This document shows, piece by piece, positions 51,370 to 64,000 of a stretch of 64,000 nucleotides of DNA. A program made the translations under genes and the position numbers. Each line of letters opens with the position of its first letter. The stretch's first letter is position 1. The stretch is from Octopus bimaculoides. Taxonomy: Eukaryota. Location: NCBI RefSeq assembly GCF_001194135.2, contig NC_068982.1, positions 137,264,627 through 137,328,626 of the forward strand, given 5' to 3'. The notes beneath the pieces are model-generated. The model was not told the origin of the DNA and ran no database searches. It worked only from the letters and a program-made list of their open reading frames with translations.

Positions 51370-51560
51370 TGGATTGATTTTTGAGCTGCAGGCAGAAACA
51401 CTCATTTGCCTGCTGGAACATTAGGGCCAACGGTCAGATGTGCTCAGCATTCATGAGGGATGTGGTGAACTTATTGGTCAAAGCTGGCTCAATCCACATG
51501 GATGCTGATGCAAGTACAAGTGGGTACCAAAGGGAGATCTGCTACAGTCTGAACACAAAT
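51370..51560 (+). mobile_element. Possible LINE AP-endonuclease N-terminal remnant
   Basis: HSFACWNIR resembles the WN(V/I)R motif of APE domains; the rest is degraded. Confidence 0.3.
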
Positions 51561-51630
51561 ACAGAAGGGTTTCACATATGTCATATAGTGAATTGACAAA
51601 AATTTTATCAATTTTTTAAAATTTACTGTA

Positions 51631-51694
<64 letters not shown>

Positions 51695-51698
<4 letters not shown>

Positions 51699-52000
51699 AT
51701 TTACTTTTCATAATGAGATAAAAAAAAACCCCAAGGCTGTGTATAATATAGAACATTTATAAATAGGTCTTACAGCTGTTTCCAGGATATTTATTATATA
51801 CCTTCATCCGAGATGGTGTAAGAGGATGGTTAAGCAATAGTTAGTTTAGATAAGATAGGAAATAGAGAGTGAATGTAAAGATACTGTATTTGTAAATCCA
51901 TTGTTGTTGGAGCTTAACTATGGTCTATCCATAGCACTTACTCAGCATTACCTGAAACCTCTGGGTCTAATTAACACCACTATCGCTTATAACCTATATT
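51695..52000 (-). mobile_element. Penelope-like fragment between (AT)n tracts with a minimal hammerhead-like motif (51768-51813)
   Basis: Minus strand UCU-CGGAUGA-AGGUAU...AUAUCCUG-GAAACAGCUGUA-AGA; palindromic stem III ACAGCUGU. Confidence 0.6.
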
Positions 52001-52565
52001 TATATATATATATATAAAGACCCTGTAACTTTATTGATTGGTATTGTCATTTATACAGAATGTCATACAAGGCCATTGTTTTATACTGTCTTACTAATAA
52101 ATCAAAATAGAAACTTGTAAATAAGGGACAGTGAGAAAATCTATTCTGTGAAAGGGATTTCTTTTTTTACTTATTTTTATTTGTAATTATAAATATCTAA
52201 TGTGTATAAATTTTCATGAGATAACTTATGGATAAAAAAAAAAAAAATGACATTGTTTTATTTGGCACCTACATGTTACCAGTTTATGGCTTGTTGAACT
52301 CATTGAGATTTCAGTGTTTTAGTTACAAATACCATGCAGTGCTATGACCAATATTATAATCTTCCAGCCAACTGACTGTTAACAGTGGCATGCTGTTACT
52401 TTGGCTAACCTGTTTCCAAACACCTAAACTTCTGAGAAATCTTATTTGTTGCAATGAAGTACGGAGTATTTAATTCAGTGTTGAGGAAATTTTGTTTTTG
52501 AGTATGGTAAGATGTCTAAAAAGTTCTATGACCCTTTTGGTTATTTTCGTATAATCTTTTACTCA

Positions 52566-52711
52566 TTTACTTGTTTCAGTCATTTGACTGCGGCCATGCT
52601 GAAGCACCACCTTTATAGTCGAGCAAATCGACCCCAGGACTTATTCTTTGGAAGCCTAGTACTTATTCTAAACACACCAGCATCGGTTGTCAAGCGATGC
52701 TGGTGGGGACA

Positions 52712-52768
<57 letters not shown>

Positions 52769-52928
52769 CAGACTTCTTCCAGTTTCCATCTACCAAATCC
52801 ACTCCCATGGCTTTGGTCGGCCCGAGGCTATAGTAGAAGACACTTGCCCAAGGTGCCACACAATGGGACTGAGCCCAGGACCATGTGGTTGGTAAGCAAG
52901 CTACTTACCACATAGCCACTCCTGTGCC
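52566..52928 (-). mobile_element. Family A tRNA-SINE with an internal deletion
   Basis: Bipartite structure with a long (CA)n linker. Confidence 0.9.
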
Positions 52929-54559
52929 TATATTATCATTCATTTTATCAATAAGAATAAGTTGAGTTCACTTTTATATGTGGAGTGATGGACATGTAGA
53001 TATGATGGAATTGGTTTAACAAAGCGAGAAGACTTGAACTCCTCTCTGCTGGCTTAGTAAACATTTATCAAATAGACATTACATCCTGTAACTGTTTCAC
53101 ATGAGGAGACTTCTTATACTTACGTGTAGCTGTTTACAGCTAAGTAGACTGAGTCCTGAGAAAGGAAGTTAAATATTAGACTTGCTCACTGTATGGTCTC
53201 AGTGGTAGGATACGATATTCATTAACTCAACTCTTTGTTCATTAATAGATGCACTTTCTCAAATTAGTTAAATGAATTAAGTATTTAATTTGCTTAGAAA
53301 GAAATTAATTTCAAGAATATTTTGTTTCGAAAAAAAAATTTCTTTAATTATTTTTACTCATTTCTAATGAGTTATTTGAGTTGTTTTAAAATTTAATTTC
53401 TATAAATTCACTGAAAAATTACTAATTGGCAAACACACTAGAGAATGTAACTGAATACTTTACTGCACTTAGTCATATCTTTTACATAGTCTTAGTTCCA
53501 AGATGAACTTTTGCCTGTCATCCTTTCTGGGTTGATAAAGCAATTACTAAAGCAATGGAAGTCAACTCTTAGAATATTTGGCCTTGAATATTCAACAATT
53601 CACCTTATAATAATTTATATCTAAAACTGAAAAACTATTTTTTTTTAATAGTATTATCCCATTAGAGAGAAATTGCTTTTGTTTAATTTATAACATGTAA
53701 ATTTTACCCCCCTTCACCAATTTCAAGGCATGTTGCAAACAAAACTCAGTATTAAGAAGGTTATTAATGATATATATATTATATATAATGTCATTATATC
53801 CTATAGATTGCATGCAGATTTTTAAGCTGTGTTCTTTTTTTTTTTTTCTTTTTTTTTATTACTAGTGATTTCTAGTTTTTGGTTCTTTACGTCATAACAA
53901 AGCTTTTGTTCGCATGATGTAATTTATGTTTGCAGTTCTGTGGGGAATGGGTTGAGTTATTCGTTTATTTCAATTTTGTTATATTTAATTTTTTTTTAAT
54001 TAATTATCTGAAGAGAGTTAAGCTTATGTCAATCAAATTTGAATCAACCTGGGGGAAAAAAGGGTGATTACTGAAGGGCATGATTTGTCTGATTATAAAT
54101 AATAATGTCAAAGTTTTATCTTTTAATAAGTTTTTTCATGGGATATCATTAGTAAGTTTTTACAAGATAGCATTATATATATATTATGATATCTACTTTT
54201 ATTATTCTTAATGTGAATCATCAAAACATCATTCTTTACTCATATGACAAATTAGTATTTGAATGTATTTCTGACCCTCGGGCAGTTAATGCATATGATA
54301 AGACCAAATCAAAAGGTATTGTAGTATCAGAGATATGTACGATGCCACAAAATAGGCACCCAGTGCACTCTGTAAAATGATTTATAATAGGAAGGATATC
54401 CAGTCATAGAAACCTTGTCAAAACTGAAGCATTGGAGTAAGATGTAATCCTCCAGCCTGGTGGGTCCTGTTGTACCATGGAAAGCAAATATAAAATAAGA
54501 ATAATGATGTAGGGTAGCTCAAAGAATCAACATTCATTCAATAAACATGTTTCACAGAG

Positions 54560-55345
54560 GCTATGACAAGTGACTGACTCCTTTAGCGATAAGCCATTGC
54601 TTGAGCAGACCCATCAAGCCAAGTGAAATCACAGCCATGGCCGATTCCAGTGTCACATAACTGATACCCATGCTGGTGGCATGTAAAAAGCACCCTTCTA
54701 ACGTTGGGTGATATGCCATGCTTGAGAAGACCCACCAAGCCTAGTGAAATTGCAGTCATGGCCAATGCCAGTGTTGTGTAACTGGCACCTGTGTTGGTGG
54801 CACATAAAAAGTGCCCTTTGAACATTCGGCAATATGCCGCACTTGAGAAGACCTGTGTAGCCAAGTGAAATTGTAGTCATGGCTGATACCAGTGTCGCAT
54901 AACTGACGCCTGTGCCAGTGACACATAAACTCCCTTCAGACATTAAGAAATATGCTATGCTTGAGAAGACCCATGTGAAATCGTAGTTATGGCCAATGCC
55001 AGTGTCACATAACTGGTACCCATGTTGGTGGCACATAAAAAGCATCCTTCAAATTTTGAGCCTCACAGAGACAGTAACAAGTGAACCAAGACCCTTGATG
55101 ATATACTGTACTTGAGAAGACCTGTCAAGCCAAGTGGTTGTGGCCAATGCCAGTGTTACATGACTGGCACCTGTGTCAATGGCACGTAAAAAGCACCCAC
55201 TGCACTCTTGGAGTGGTTGGGTTTAAGAAGGGCATCCAGCTGTAGAAACCTTGCCAGATCAGATTGGAGCCTGGTGCAGCTCTCCAGCTTACCAGTTTTC
55301 AGTTAAACTATCCAACCCATGCCAGCATGGAAAGTAGATGATGAT
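54560..55345 (+). mobile_element. RTE-type 3'-end retroposon with a ~120-bp higher-order tandem array
   Basis: The cttgag(a/c)agacc module recurs at ~54600, 54721, 54842, 54960 and 55110 before the conserved terminal block. Confidence 0.85.
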
Positions 55346-55773
55346 AAATATCATATTTTGAGAAGTAATTAGTGAAAAACGGACAAAAAATGCTTTGAAA
55401 CTGGGAAACAGGTTGGTTATGGGTTGGTGAATGAGGGAATCCAAGGGAAAAAAATCTCTTTTCAAAACACTTTTGTATGAATCAAAATATGATGGATGTG
55501 TTTTTAATAATTATATTTAGTTTATATGCCAAATATTTTCTTCTTACCTCTTTGTTACATTGGAGTGTATACTTAATGAATGAGCAGGACTATAATTTCA
55601 TGATTTAAGTTAGATCAAACTTCTGTAGAACTGAGCATTGATTATCGGCCCCTGCAATACATAAAAACACAAAAGTTTAAAAATTATTAGCCTTCTTATA
55701 GACTTGGGGTGTGTTTTTTTGCCTTTCTAAGTTGACTATTATCAATTATGAATAATTTGTTTGTAACCTAGAA

Positions 55774-55831
<58 letters not shown>

Positions 55832-56509
55832 ATTTTGCTATTCAGTAGAAATGGATCATCCTCAAAGTTCTGAAGTTTCTAATTTATCTCCTTTCTTTCT
55901 GTGGACTTTTGTCACAGACTTAGATATTTTGATGTTCTGAGTTTATTGTTGTAAGTTGTTGAATTTAATGTTTCAATAATATTATTCTTAATGCTCGTGT
56001 TTTCACATCTTATGGTTTAACTCTATCAAACAGTTCTTCTCATTATAAGATATAGTTTTTCTCTTTCATAACATTTTGAAAACTTAGATGTTTACTTATG
56101 TTTATTTAGCACTTTAGCTTGTTCTTGGGTAGGAAGGTTATCTATTTCCATTTATAGGCTGTTGCATCATTACAAATCTCACAGATCTGAATGGCCCTAC
56201 ATTCAACATCTTTAAGGCTTGTTTTGTATTCTTAATCAGTTCGCCTTTCTCTACCATGTCCTTTTAAACAAGTTAGTACTTACAAAACTCATTACTCACC
56301 TTTCACTACATCTTCCCTCATCCCTACCCAATCTCTAAAGATATCCTCTACTCTTCCTGTCCTCCATTACATATCATCTACTCAGCACTTGCTCTTCAAT
56401 ATATTCCCAATCTCACTCATTCTCTATTTCTTATTCTCCCATGCACTTTTGCAACCTCCACCCACACATCCCTGTTCTTCTGCCCCCCCCTCCCACTTCC
56501 TTCAGTTCT

Positions 56510-56860
56510 CATCATCATCATCACCATCATTTAACATTCGTTTTCCATGCTAGCATGGGTTGGACGGTTTGACTGAGTACTAGTGAACCAGATGGCTACA
56601 CCAGGCTCCAATCTGATCTGGCAGAGTTTCTACAGCTGGATGCCCTTCCTAACGCCAACCACTCTGAGAGTGTAGTGGGTGCTTTTTACATACCACCAGC
56701 ACAAGAGCCAGTCTGGTGTACTGGCAATGGCCATGCTCATATGGTGTTTTTTTACATGCCACCTGTACAGGAGTCAGTCCAATGTTTTGTTCACATACCA
56801 CCGGCACGAGTGCCAGTAAAGCGAAGCTGGAAACGCTCAAATGGTTCTTTTTACTTGCCA
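56510..56860 (-). mobile_element. RTE-type 3'-end retroposon, antisense copy
   Basis: (CAT)n then ttaacattcgttttccatgctagcatgggttggacgg...gcccttcctaacgccaacc. Confidence 0.88.
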
Positions 56861-57531
56861 CCAGCATTGGTCTTATATGTTGAGGATCCACAGATGCCTC
56901 ATTACGGGTTTTTTCATCTCATCTCTGCTTTTTTTCATCCCGTCTCCCTCCACCCTGATCACTCTCCATCCTCTCTTCTAAAATGGGAATAGCCCTTTTA
57001 ACAGCAAAACAGCCTGTTCTGCTCTGGTCCCTTCTCTTATACTTGAACTCCTCACCTCTTAGGATAAAGCCACCTCTCTCAGGGTTCATAGCCTTGCAAG
57101 CTGCATGGCAATCTCACTAGTGTCAGTGTCAGTGTAAAAACACCCGTTACACACAATAAAGTGGTTGACGTTAGGAAGAACATCCAGCCATAAAAAAACG
57201 TCCCAAAGTAGACAGGGAACACAATAATGCTTTTGGACCCATCAGATCCTGTCAAACCAGCTAATTCTTGCCAGCATTCAAACAAGGACTTTAAATGATG
57301 ATGAATTAAAATTAGAATTTTAAAATTTAACAGTAAATTTGGGCATCGTCAACTAACGTATCCTATGAGGAGTAAAAGAGTACCTTCCTTATTAGTAACT
57401 CCAGATATAATCTATGTCCATTTTAATTGATGTCAAATCACCTATTTTTAAAATTAAAAATAAATAGAACCTTTTCTTCAGCCCAGTTTTGTGAACCAAT
57501 TGTTAAAGGTCCAAACAGGAGTGAAGTTGGG

Positions 57532-57713
57532 GTAAATAAAGTGTTTGTCTTTCAATGAAAGTGTTGAAGGTAATGAAGTGGTATGAAACTCTCTAGAGAG
57601 CAGAACAGCAGATCTTTCCTTTAGGCAAGTGTTTCAGTCCTTAACTTCTAAGAGTTTCTCTCCACTTCATTACATACAAAGCATTCATTGAAAGATGAAC
57701 ACATTTTATTTAC
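57532..57713. repeat. Old imperfect inverted repeat, ~61-bp arms with 58-nt spacer (probable MITE relic)
   Basis: gtaaataaagtgtttgtctttcaatgaa...gtaatgaagtgg..gaaactct versus the reverse complement of agagtttc..ccacttcattac...ttcattgaaagatgaacacattttatttac. Confidence 0.7.
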
Positions 57714-57758
57714 ACCTACTTAACGCTTAATGTTTTGCTATGAAAATGTTCAATACAT

Positions 57759-59228
57759 AAGATCGTTGCCAGTGCCCATGGACTGGCTCTTGTGCGAGTG
57801 ACACATGAAATCGTTCAAGCGGAATCGTTGCCAGTGCCCCTGGACTGGCTCATGTGCGGGCGACACATGAATCTTTCGAGCGGGATCGTTGCCAGTGCCC
57901 CTGGACTGGCTCATGTGCGGGCGACGCCCCTGGGCCGGCTCTTGTGCGGGTGACACATGAGGTTTTTCGAGCAGGATCATTGCCGGTGCCCCTGGACTGG
58001 CTCATGTGCGGGCAACACACGAAATCCTTCGAGCGAGATCATTNNNNNNNNNNNNNNNNNNNNNNNNNNNNNNNNNNNNNNNNNNNNNNNNNNNNNNNNN
58101 NNNNNNNNNNNNNNNNNNNNNNNNNNNNNNNNNNNNNNNNNNNNNNNNNNNNNNNNNNNNNNNNNNNNNNNNNNNNNNNNNNNNNNNNNNNNNNNNNNNN
58201 NNNNNNNNNNNNNNNNNNNNNNNNNNNNNNNNNNNNNNNNNNNNNNNNNNNNNNNNNNNNNNNNNNNNNNNNNNNNNNNNNNNNNNNNNNNNNNNNNNNN
58301 NNNNNNNNNNNNNNNNNNNNNNNNNNNNNNNNNNNNNNNNNNNNNNNNNNNNNNNNNNNNNNNNNNNNNNNNNNNNNNNNNNNNNNNNNNNNNNNNNNNN
58401 NNNNNNNNNNNNNNNNNNNNNNNNNNNNNNNNNNNNNNNNNNNNNNNNNNNNNNNNNNNNNNNNNNNNNNNNNNNNNNNNNNNNNNNNNNNNNNNNNNNN
58501 NNNNNNNNNNNNNNNNNNNNNNNNNNNNNNNNNNNNNNNNNNNNNNNNNNNNNNNNNNNNNNNNNNNNNNNNNNNNNNNNNNNNNNNNNNNNNNNNNNNN
58601 NNNNNNNNNNNNNNNNNNNNNNNNNNNNNNNNNNNNNNNNNNNNNNNNNNNNNNNNNNNNNNNNNNNNNNNNNNNNNNNNNNNNNNNNNNNNNNNNNNNN
58701 NNNNNNNNNNNNNNNNNNNNNNNNNNNNNNNNNNNNNNNNNNNNNNNNNNNNNNNNNNNNNNNNNNNNNNNNNNNNNNNNNNNNNNNNNNNNNNNNNNNN
58801 NNNNNNNNNNNNNNNNNNNNNNNNNNNNNNNNNNNNNNNNNNNNNNNNNNNNNNNNNNNNNNNNNNNNNNNNNNNNNNNNNNNNNNNNNNNNNNNNNNNN
58901 NNAAGATCGTTGCCAGTGCCCATGGACTGGCTCTTGTGCGAGTGACACATGAAATCGTTCAAGCGGAATCGTTGCCAGTGCCCCTGGACTAGCTCTTGTG
59001 CGGGTGGCACATAAAAGACACCATTTCGAGCGTGGCCGTTTTCGTGCGGGTGACATGTAAAAGCACCCACTACACTCTCTGAGTGGTTGGCGTTAGGAAG
59101 GGCATCCAGCTGTAGAAACTCTGCCAAATTAGATTGGAGCCTGGTGTTGCCATCCGGTTTCACCAGTCCTCAGTCAAATCGTCCAACCCATGCTGGCATG
59201 GAAGGCGGACGTTAAACGATGATGATGG
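57759..59228 (+). mobile_element. RTE-type 3'-end retroposon with an expanded ~61-62-bp tandem array spanning an ~860-N gap
   Basis: atcgttgccagtgccc units at 57762, 57824, 57885 and onward resume at 58903; terminal block and (GAT)n at 59060-59228. Confidence 0.88.
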
Positions 59229-59599
59229 CATAACAATTTGTATTTCCTAAGAAATATATTAATTCTCGAGTAAGTAATGTTGAATATGAATAAGATATTG
59301 GCAAGCCAAGCCAGACTTTACTTAATTCTCAACCGTACTATCTATTTCACTTGCCATTGGTTTTTGGAATCAGCTCAAATATCAATGATTGCTGCTCAGT
59401 TAGGAATATTCAAGAAGCAAATTCAAACAGTTGATGTTTGATTTTATTCATGTGTGTGTGTGTGTGTGTGTTGTAAATTGGATCAGATTGCTTTTCTACA
59501 TTTTCCTACATTTGTGGCATTAAGGTTCAACATTTGCTTGAGATCTATTTATAACTTCATTTAAGCTATCATATATGAGTCACATTCCTTTTGTGCTTA

Positions 59600-60186
59600 T
59601 ATCGAACCAAATTCGATGACTGGCACCCATGCCAACCTCTCTTACATTGGACACTAAACTCGGCTTGCGAAGACCTGTTGGGGCAAGTGAAATCAAAATC
59701 GGGGTTGAACCAAATTCAATGACTGGCACCTGTGCCAGTGGAGTGCTAAGAGTACCGTCCGAGCGTGATCATTGCCAGAACAGCTGTCTGGCTTCCGTGC
59801 CAGTGGCATGTAAATAGCAATAGCATCATTTGAGCATGATTGTTACCAGCGTCGCCTTCCTGGCACTTGTGCCTGTGGCACGTGAAAAAACATTCAAGCG
59901 AGGTCGTTGCCAGTGCCGATGGACTGGCTCCTGTGCAGGTGGCACATAAAATACACCATTTGAGGATAGCCGTTGCCAGTACCGCCTGACTGGCCTTCGT
60001 GCCAGTGACACATAAAAGCACCCACTACACTCTCGGAGTGGTTGGTGTTAGGAAGGGCATCCAGCTGTAGAAACACTGTCAAATCAGATTGGAGCCTGGT
60101 GTAGCCATCTGGTTCGCCAGTCCTCAGTCAAATCGTCCAACCCATGCTAGCATGGAAATTGGACGTTAAACGATGATGATGATGAT
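59600..60186 (+). mobile_element. RTE-type 3'-end retroposon with 5' extension and (GAT)n tail
   Basis: Duplicated gaaccaaattc(g/a)atgactggcacc module, then the same body as the copy at 39270. Confidence 0.88.
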
Positions 60187-62710
60187 GTGTGTTGAAACAG
60201 ATATTGTTATATTTCAGGAGGAGCGTTTTTTTTTTTTTTTTTTTTGCTAAATAAACATGCATATGTTTATTACTCGTTAAACAATGATGATGATAATGAT
60301 TCTGGCATCAACCTTTGATCTATATTTTAGTTGCATGTTGCTTTCCATGAATAATGTTTGTAACTTTGGTTGTTTTTAAATAATAAACGCATTAGGCACA
60401 GGCATGACAGTGTAGTTAAGAAGCTTGCTTTCCAACAATGTGGTCTTAAGTTCAGTCCCACTGCATAGCACCATGGGCAAGTGTCTTCTATTAAAACCCC
60501 TTTCCTGGACATCAGATGATGGTTTTAAATGAGCATTATCGTATAAGTGAGGTTGTTCATTTCCAGTCTTCTGTAAAAGAACCTCTTTGACTATGGGAAA
60601 ATATTTCCTTGCTTGGCAACAGGTATCTAGCCAAACAAAAACTGTTTCAACATATTTGATTTGACCCATAGAAACATGGAAAAGTGGATGTAGAATGATG
60701 TTGATAGTTATGATGCTAAGCAGAAATAATCTCAATCATTGCCTATACAGTCCAGCAAAGTTCCAGAATTCAAGACATCATACCAGTCGGTGTTTTTAAA
60801 TCACTACTCTAGATTAATAAAAAATATTCACAGCATCTAATCAGAATTAGGCTAGCAACTAATTTGGAATTGTGTATATAGATTTCGTACACATGGATTG
60901 CAGGAATATTTAAATTCCTGAAACTGTATTAGAATGAAGTAAATATTTATAAACTGATTTTTATCAATTATATTAATTATATCTCCTAATGGTTTCCTGA
61001 TTCTGCAGAATTCTTGAGCATAGTCTAAAGCCAACCATTGGTACCAAATCCTAAAATTTCTGTCTCAAACACACATCATTTCATCATCATCATCATCATC
61101 ATCGACAACAAAGTAAACTGTAAACTTTACTTTCATAAAAATCCTCACTTGTTTGTCTTCTATGTTAGACAGTTGTTCATTCTCAGGTCCTGAAAGCTCC
61201 TCATAAAACAATTCTTCATTGGTTCCATCATAAAACAACTCCTCATCTGTTCCATTCATTGCATTGTAAACTTACAATAAATTCCCACACTTCTTTCAAC
61301 CATTGTATAACAATATCTAAGTATAGACATTTCCAAGTACCCTCCCCTTTCGTTAGTTTTTTGTTTGTTTGTTTGTTTCCAGATACCATCCACGTGTTNN
61401 NNNNNNNNNNNNNNNNNNNNNNNNNNNNNNNNNNNNNNNNNATATATTTAAATGTCTCGTTTAGTGTAACTTCTTATAGCTGTAGAAGTGATGTGCAACT
61501 TCTGAGAGATCAATGCCTGCCTTTTTTCAGTTTCCTATATCTTCATCTTTACAGATTTACTCAACTGTGAATAGAACTGATCACATATAAGCAATGATGT
61601 TGGCTCAAGAAGAGATCCAGGTCTCTTCCTCCAGCTAAACATGTGTTAATATCTTGTTATTCCCTTAGTGAGTTTTCCAAATGGTGTGCTCTGACAAGCA
61701 CACCACCTGGAAATTTTCCCTTTGGAATAGATTTTCTTTCTTTTAATTACCATTAATTTACATTTTGTGCCATCAACTAAGCATGCTAAAAGTACCATAA
61801 AATGTTGCTTTTCATGTCCAGCTGTTTTTATTCTAACAGTTCTGTTTCTTCAGTAGTCTTTAGTGCTATAACCAGGCATGTATAAAAAAATAATAATAAA
61901 AAAAGAGAAAACATTGGAGTTTTGTCCATGTTTCCTATTGCTGACAAGTCATGCCCATAATGTTTGCATTCAATAATTACAAATTTATGGAATTACTGTA
62001 CTTTATTGTCCACATTTTTTGCTAGTTTTGTAGAATGTGGGTTTACTGATGTAATGATAGTCCAGTTCTATAAATGAATCATCACGCTGATGTTGTGCAG
62101 ATTTAATAGATTAATTAATATTATGTTTGCCTGTATCCATGGATAACTGGAAAGCTTTTGTTCCAATAACCATATAGGTGACAAATCCATCAATCCATCC
62201 TTGTATAATCTACACACCCAAGTGTGTAGAGTTCTCTCCTGCTTTCATATGGGAGAAATGTTATATTATTTACTAGATTTTATTTCTGACACTTTTTGAG
62301 TGTCCCATTTTCATTTTTAACTGTCCTTTGCTACTTCTTCCAAACATACACACACACAAAAAAATTATTCTTTCTCATAATTACAATTTCTATGCTGTTT
62401 AGCATATTCAATGACACAGTCCAGTAACCAATCTTTTGTCTTTTAGAGTTCATAGTTTACTCTTTGTCAGCTTTTTCCTATGAATTTTTTTTTTAATACT
62501 TCTTCCACCAAATCTGTGCTTATACAGGCTAGAAATTTAGACAGATATGAATAATATGATATGTTTGTTTTGTAGCAGAACTGAATTCTGCTTAAACAGG
62601 TGGGTTTGTTTTCTCATGTGATGTTACCAACATACATTAGCTTGCAACTAAACTGTTCTTACAAACTGCATAGTGACCTGATGAAACTACCTCTATATTC
62701 AATTATTTGC

Positions 62711-62756
<46 letters not shown>

Positions 62757-63859
62757 NNNNNNNNNNNNNNNNNNNNNNNNNNNNNNNNNNNNNNNNNNNN
62801 NNNNNNNNNNNNNNNNNNNNNNNNNNNNNNNNNNNNNNNNNNNNNNNNNNNNNNNNNNNNNNNNNNNNNNNNNNNNNNNNNNNNNNNNNNNNNNNNNNNN
62901 NNNNNNNNNNNNNNNNNNNNNNNNNNNNNNNNNNNNNNNNNNNNNNNNNNNNNNNNNNNNNNNNNNNNNNNNNNNNNNNNNNNNNNNNNNNNNNNNNNNN
63001 NNNNNNNNNNNNNNNNNNNNNNNNNNNNNNNNNNNNNNNNNNNNNNNNNNNNNNNNNNNNNNNNNNNNNNNNNNNNNNNNNNNNNNNNNNNNNNNNNNNN
63101 NNNNNNNNNNNNNNNNNNNNNNNNNNNNNNNNNNNNNNNNNNNNNNNNNNNNNNNNNNNNNNNNNNNNNNNNNNNNNNNNNNNNNNNNNNNNNNNNNNNN
63201 NNNNNNNNNNNNNNNNNNNNNNNNNNNNNNNNNNNNNNNTTTTTTTTTTTTTTTTTTCTATTTCTTCCACTTACATTTTCCTAGTTCCCATGTTCCAATC
63301 AATACCTAGCATTCACCAAACTATTTACCATTTGTCGGTATAAATGTATTAAATTTCCTGTCTTTTGATATCCTAAATTCTTTAATGATTCAAAAAGAAT
63401 TTAATCCTTTTGTTTTATAACATCAATAAATTAATAAATTCATAAACATTGACATATTATTGGTTGATTTCTGTCCTTTTAGTTCAAATTTCATTTATAT
63501 CTGCTGTAACTCTGTTAGATTGTCATCATTAGATAAACTCTATGGACATTCTTTAAATTTCTCAAATATTTTCCATTACTTTTGGTGTGGTTGGCAATGA
63601 ATGTTTGAAATAGTAAAAAACACCTGTTGTTATTACTGTCTATTGCAAATCCAATTACAAAATATATATTTTTCAATTTGGTTTGGGTCGATTGTTTTGG
63701 TAACAGACACTAATTTTCATAGTTATTATTATTCCTAAATATTTAGCATGTAAGTATTCTGTAATGAAATATGTATTCTAACTACATGATTTCGCATTAA
63801 AGAGGAATTTTTTTTCTTTTTGAGATTTAACCATGAATTTGTAGGTGTCTGTATGTGTC

Positions 63860-63955
63860 TATCTATTTATCTCTATCTTTCTATCGCTATCTATCTATCC
63901 CTATCGCTATCTATCTATCCCTATCGCTATCTATCTATCTATCTATCTATCTCCA
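63860..63955. repeat. (TATC)n microsatellite with a 20-bp higher-order unit ctatcgctatctatctatcc
   Basis: Direct reading; ~3 units. Confidence 0.85.
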
Positions 63956-64000
63956 CACATACATACACATGCATATACAGAGAGAGTCCCTTCTCCAAGT

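Noticed and set aside
22057-52928. Antisense bias of family A SINEs explained by selection against cryptic donors
   Set aside because: Both orientations contain GTAAG-like motifs and the counts are too small to test.
55779-55830. 52-nt poly(T) as a retrocopy tail
   Set aside because: No canonical AATAAA, ORF or TSD adjacent on the minus strand.
57759-59050. Tandem ~61-bp units as a CRISPR-like array
   Set aside because: Eukaryotic context, no unique spacers, and the units belong to a dispersed retroposon.
46055-64000. Next endophilin B exon (expected xHLRCLxxFVEAQ-like)
   Set aside because: No matching peptide found by eye; it is probably beyond the window or in a gap. The same applies to the exon expected upstream of 17092.

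Overview
AT-rich, gapped animal genomic DNA, most likely an octopus. That assignment is inferred from the tRNA-derived SINE and RTE-type repeat repertoire and is not shown directly. The window lies inside one large + strand gene, endophilin B (SH3GLB1/SH3GLB2 family). Three conserved N-BAR exons are clear: 17092-17225 (134 nt), 19466-19558 (93 nt) and 45965-46054 (90 nt). I could not find the flanking exons; they are outside the window or in gaps. The 26.4-kb phase-0 intron between the last two exons holds three frame-preserving cassette candidates with good splice signals: 3 nt (GGC, 26377-26379), 45 nt (37315-37359) and 18 nt (DDAVAK, 42355-42372). As I recall, vertebrate endophilin B genes carry neuron-specific alternative exons at this same position. 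The same intron has two long fold-backs: a ~500-bp imperfect one starting ~85 nt after the upstream donor, and a perfect 143-bp-arm palindrome flanked by a 14-bp direct repeat. The rest is transposon-derived: three tRNA-SINE families, a modular RTE-type 3'-end retroposon with internal tandem arrays, RTE RT relics (one with a C4HC3 PHD finger inside the RT), two Penelope-like fragments with minimal hammerhead-like motifs, a DD41D Tc1/mariner relic, hAT and Tc1-type MITEs, a minisatellite and microsatellites. Most ORFs in the supplied track are repeat, microsatellite or N-gap artefacts. Repeat boundaries are approximate. Protein comparisons are from recalled family sequences, not database searches.
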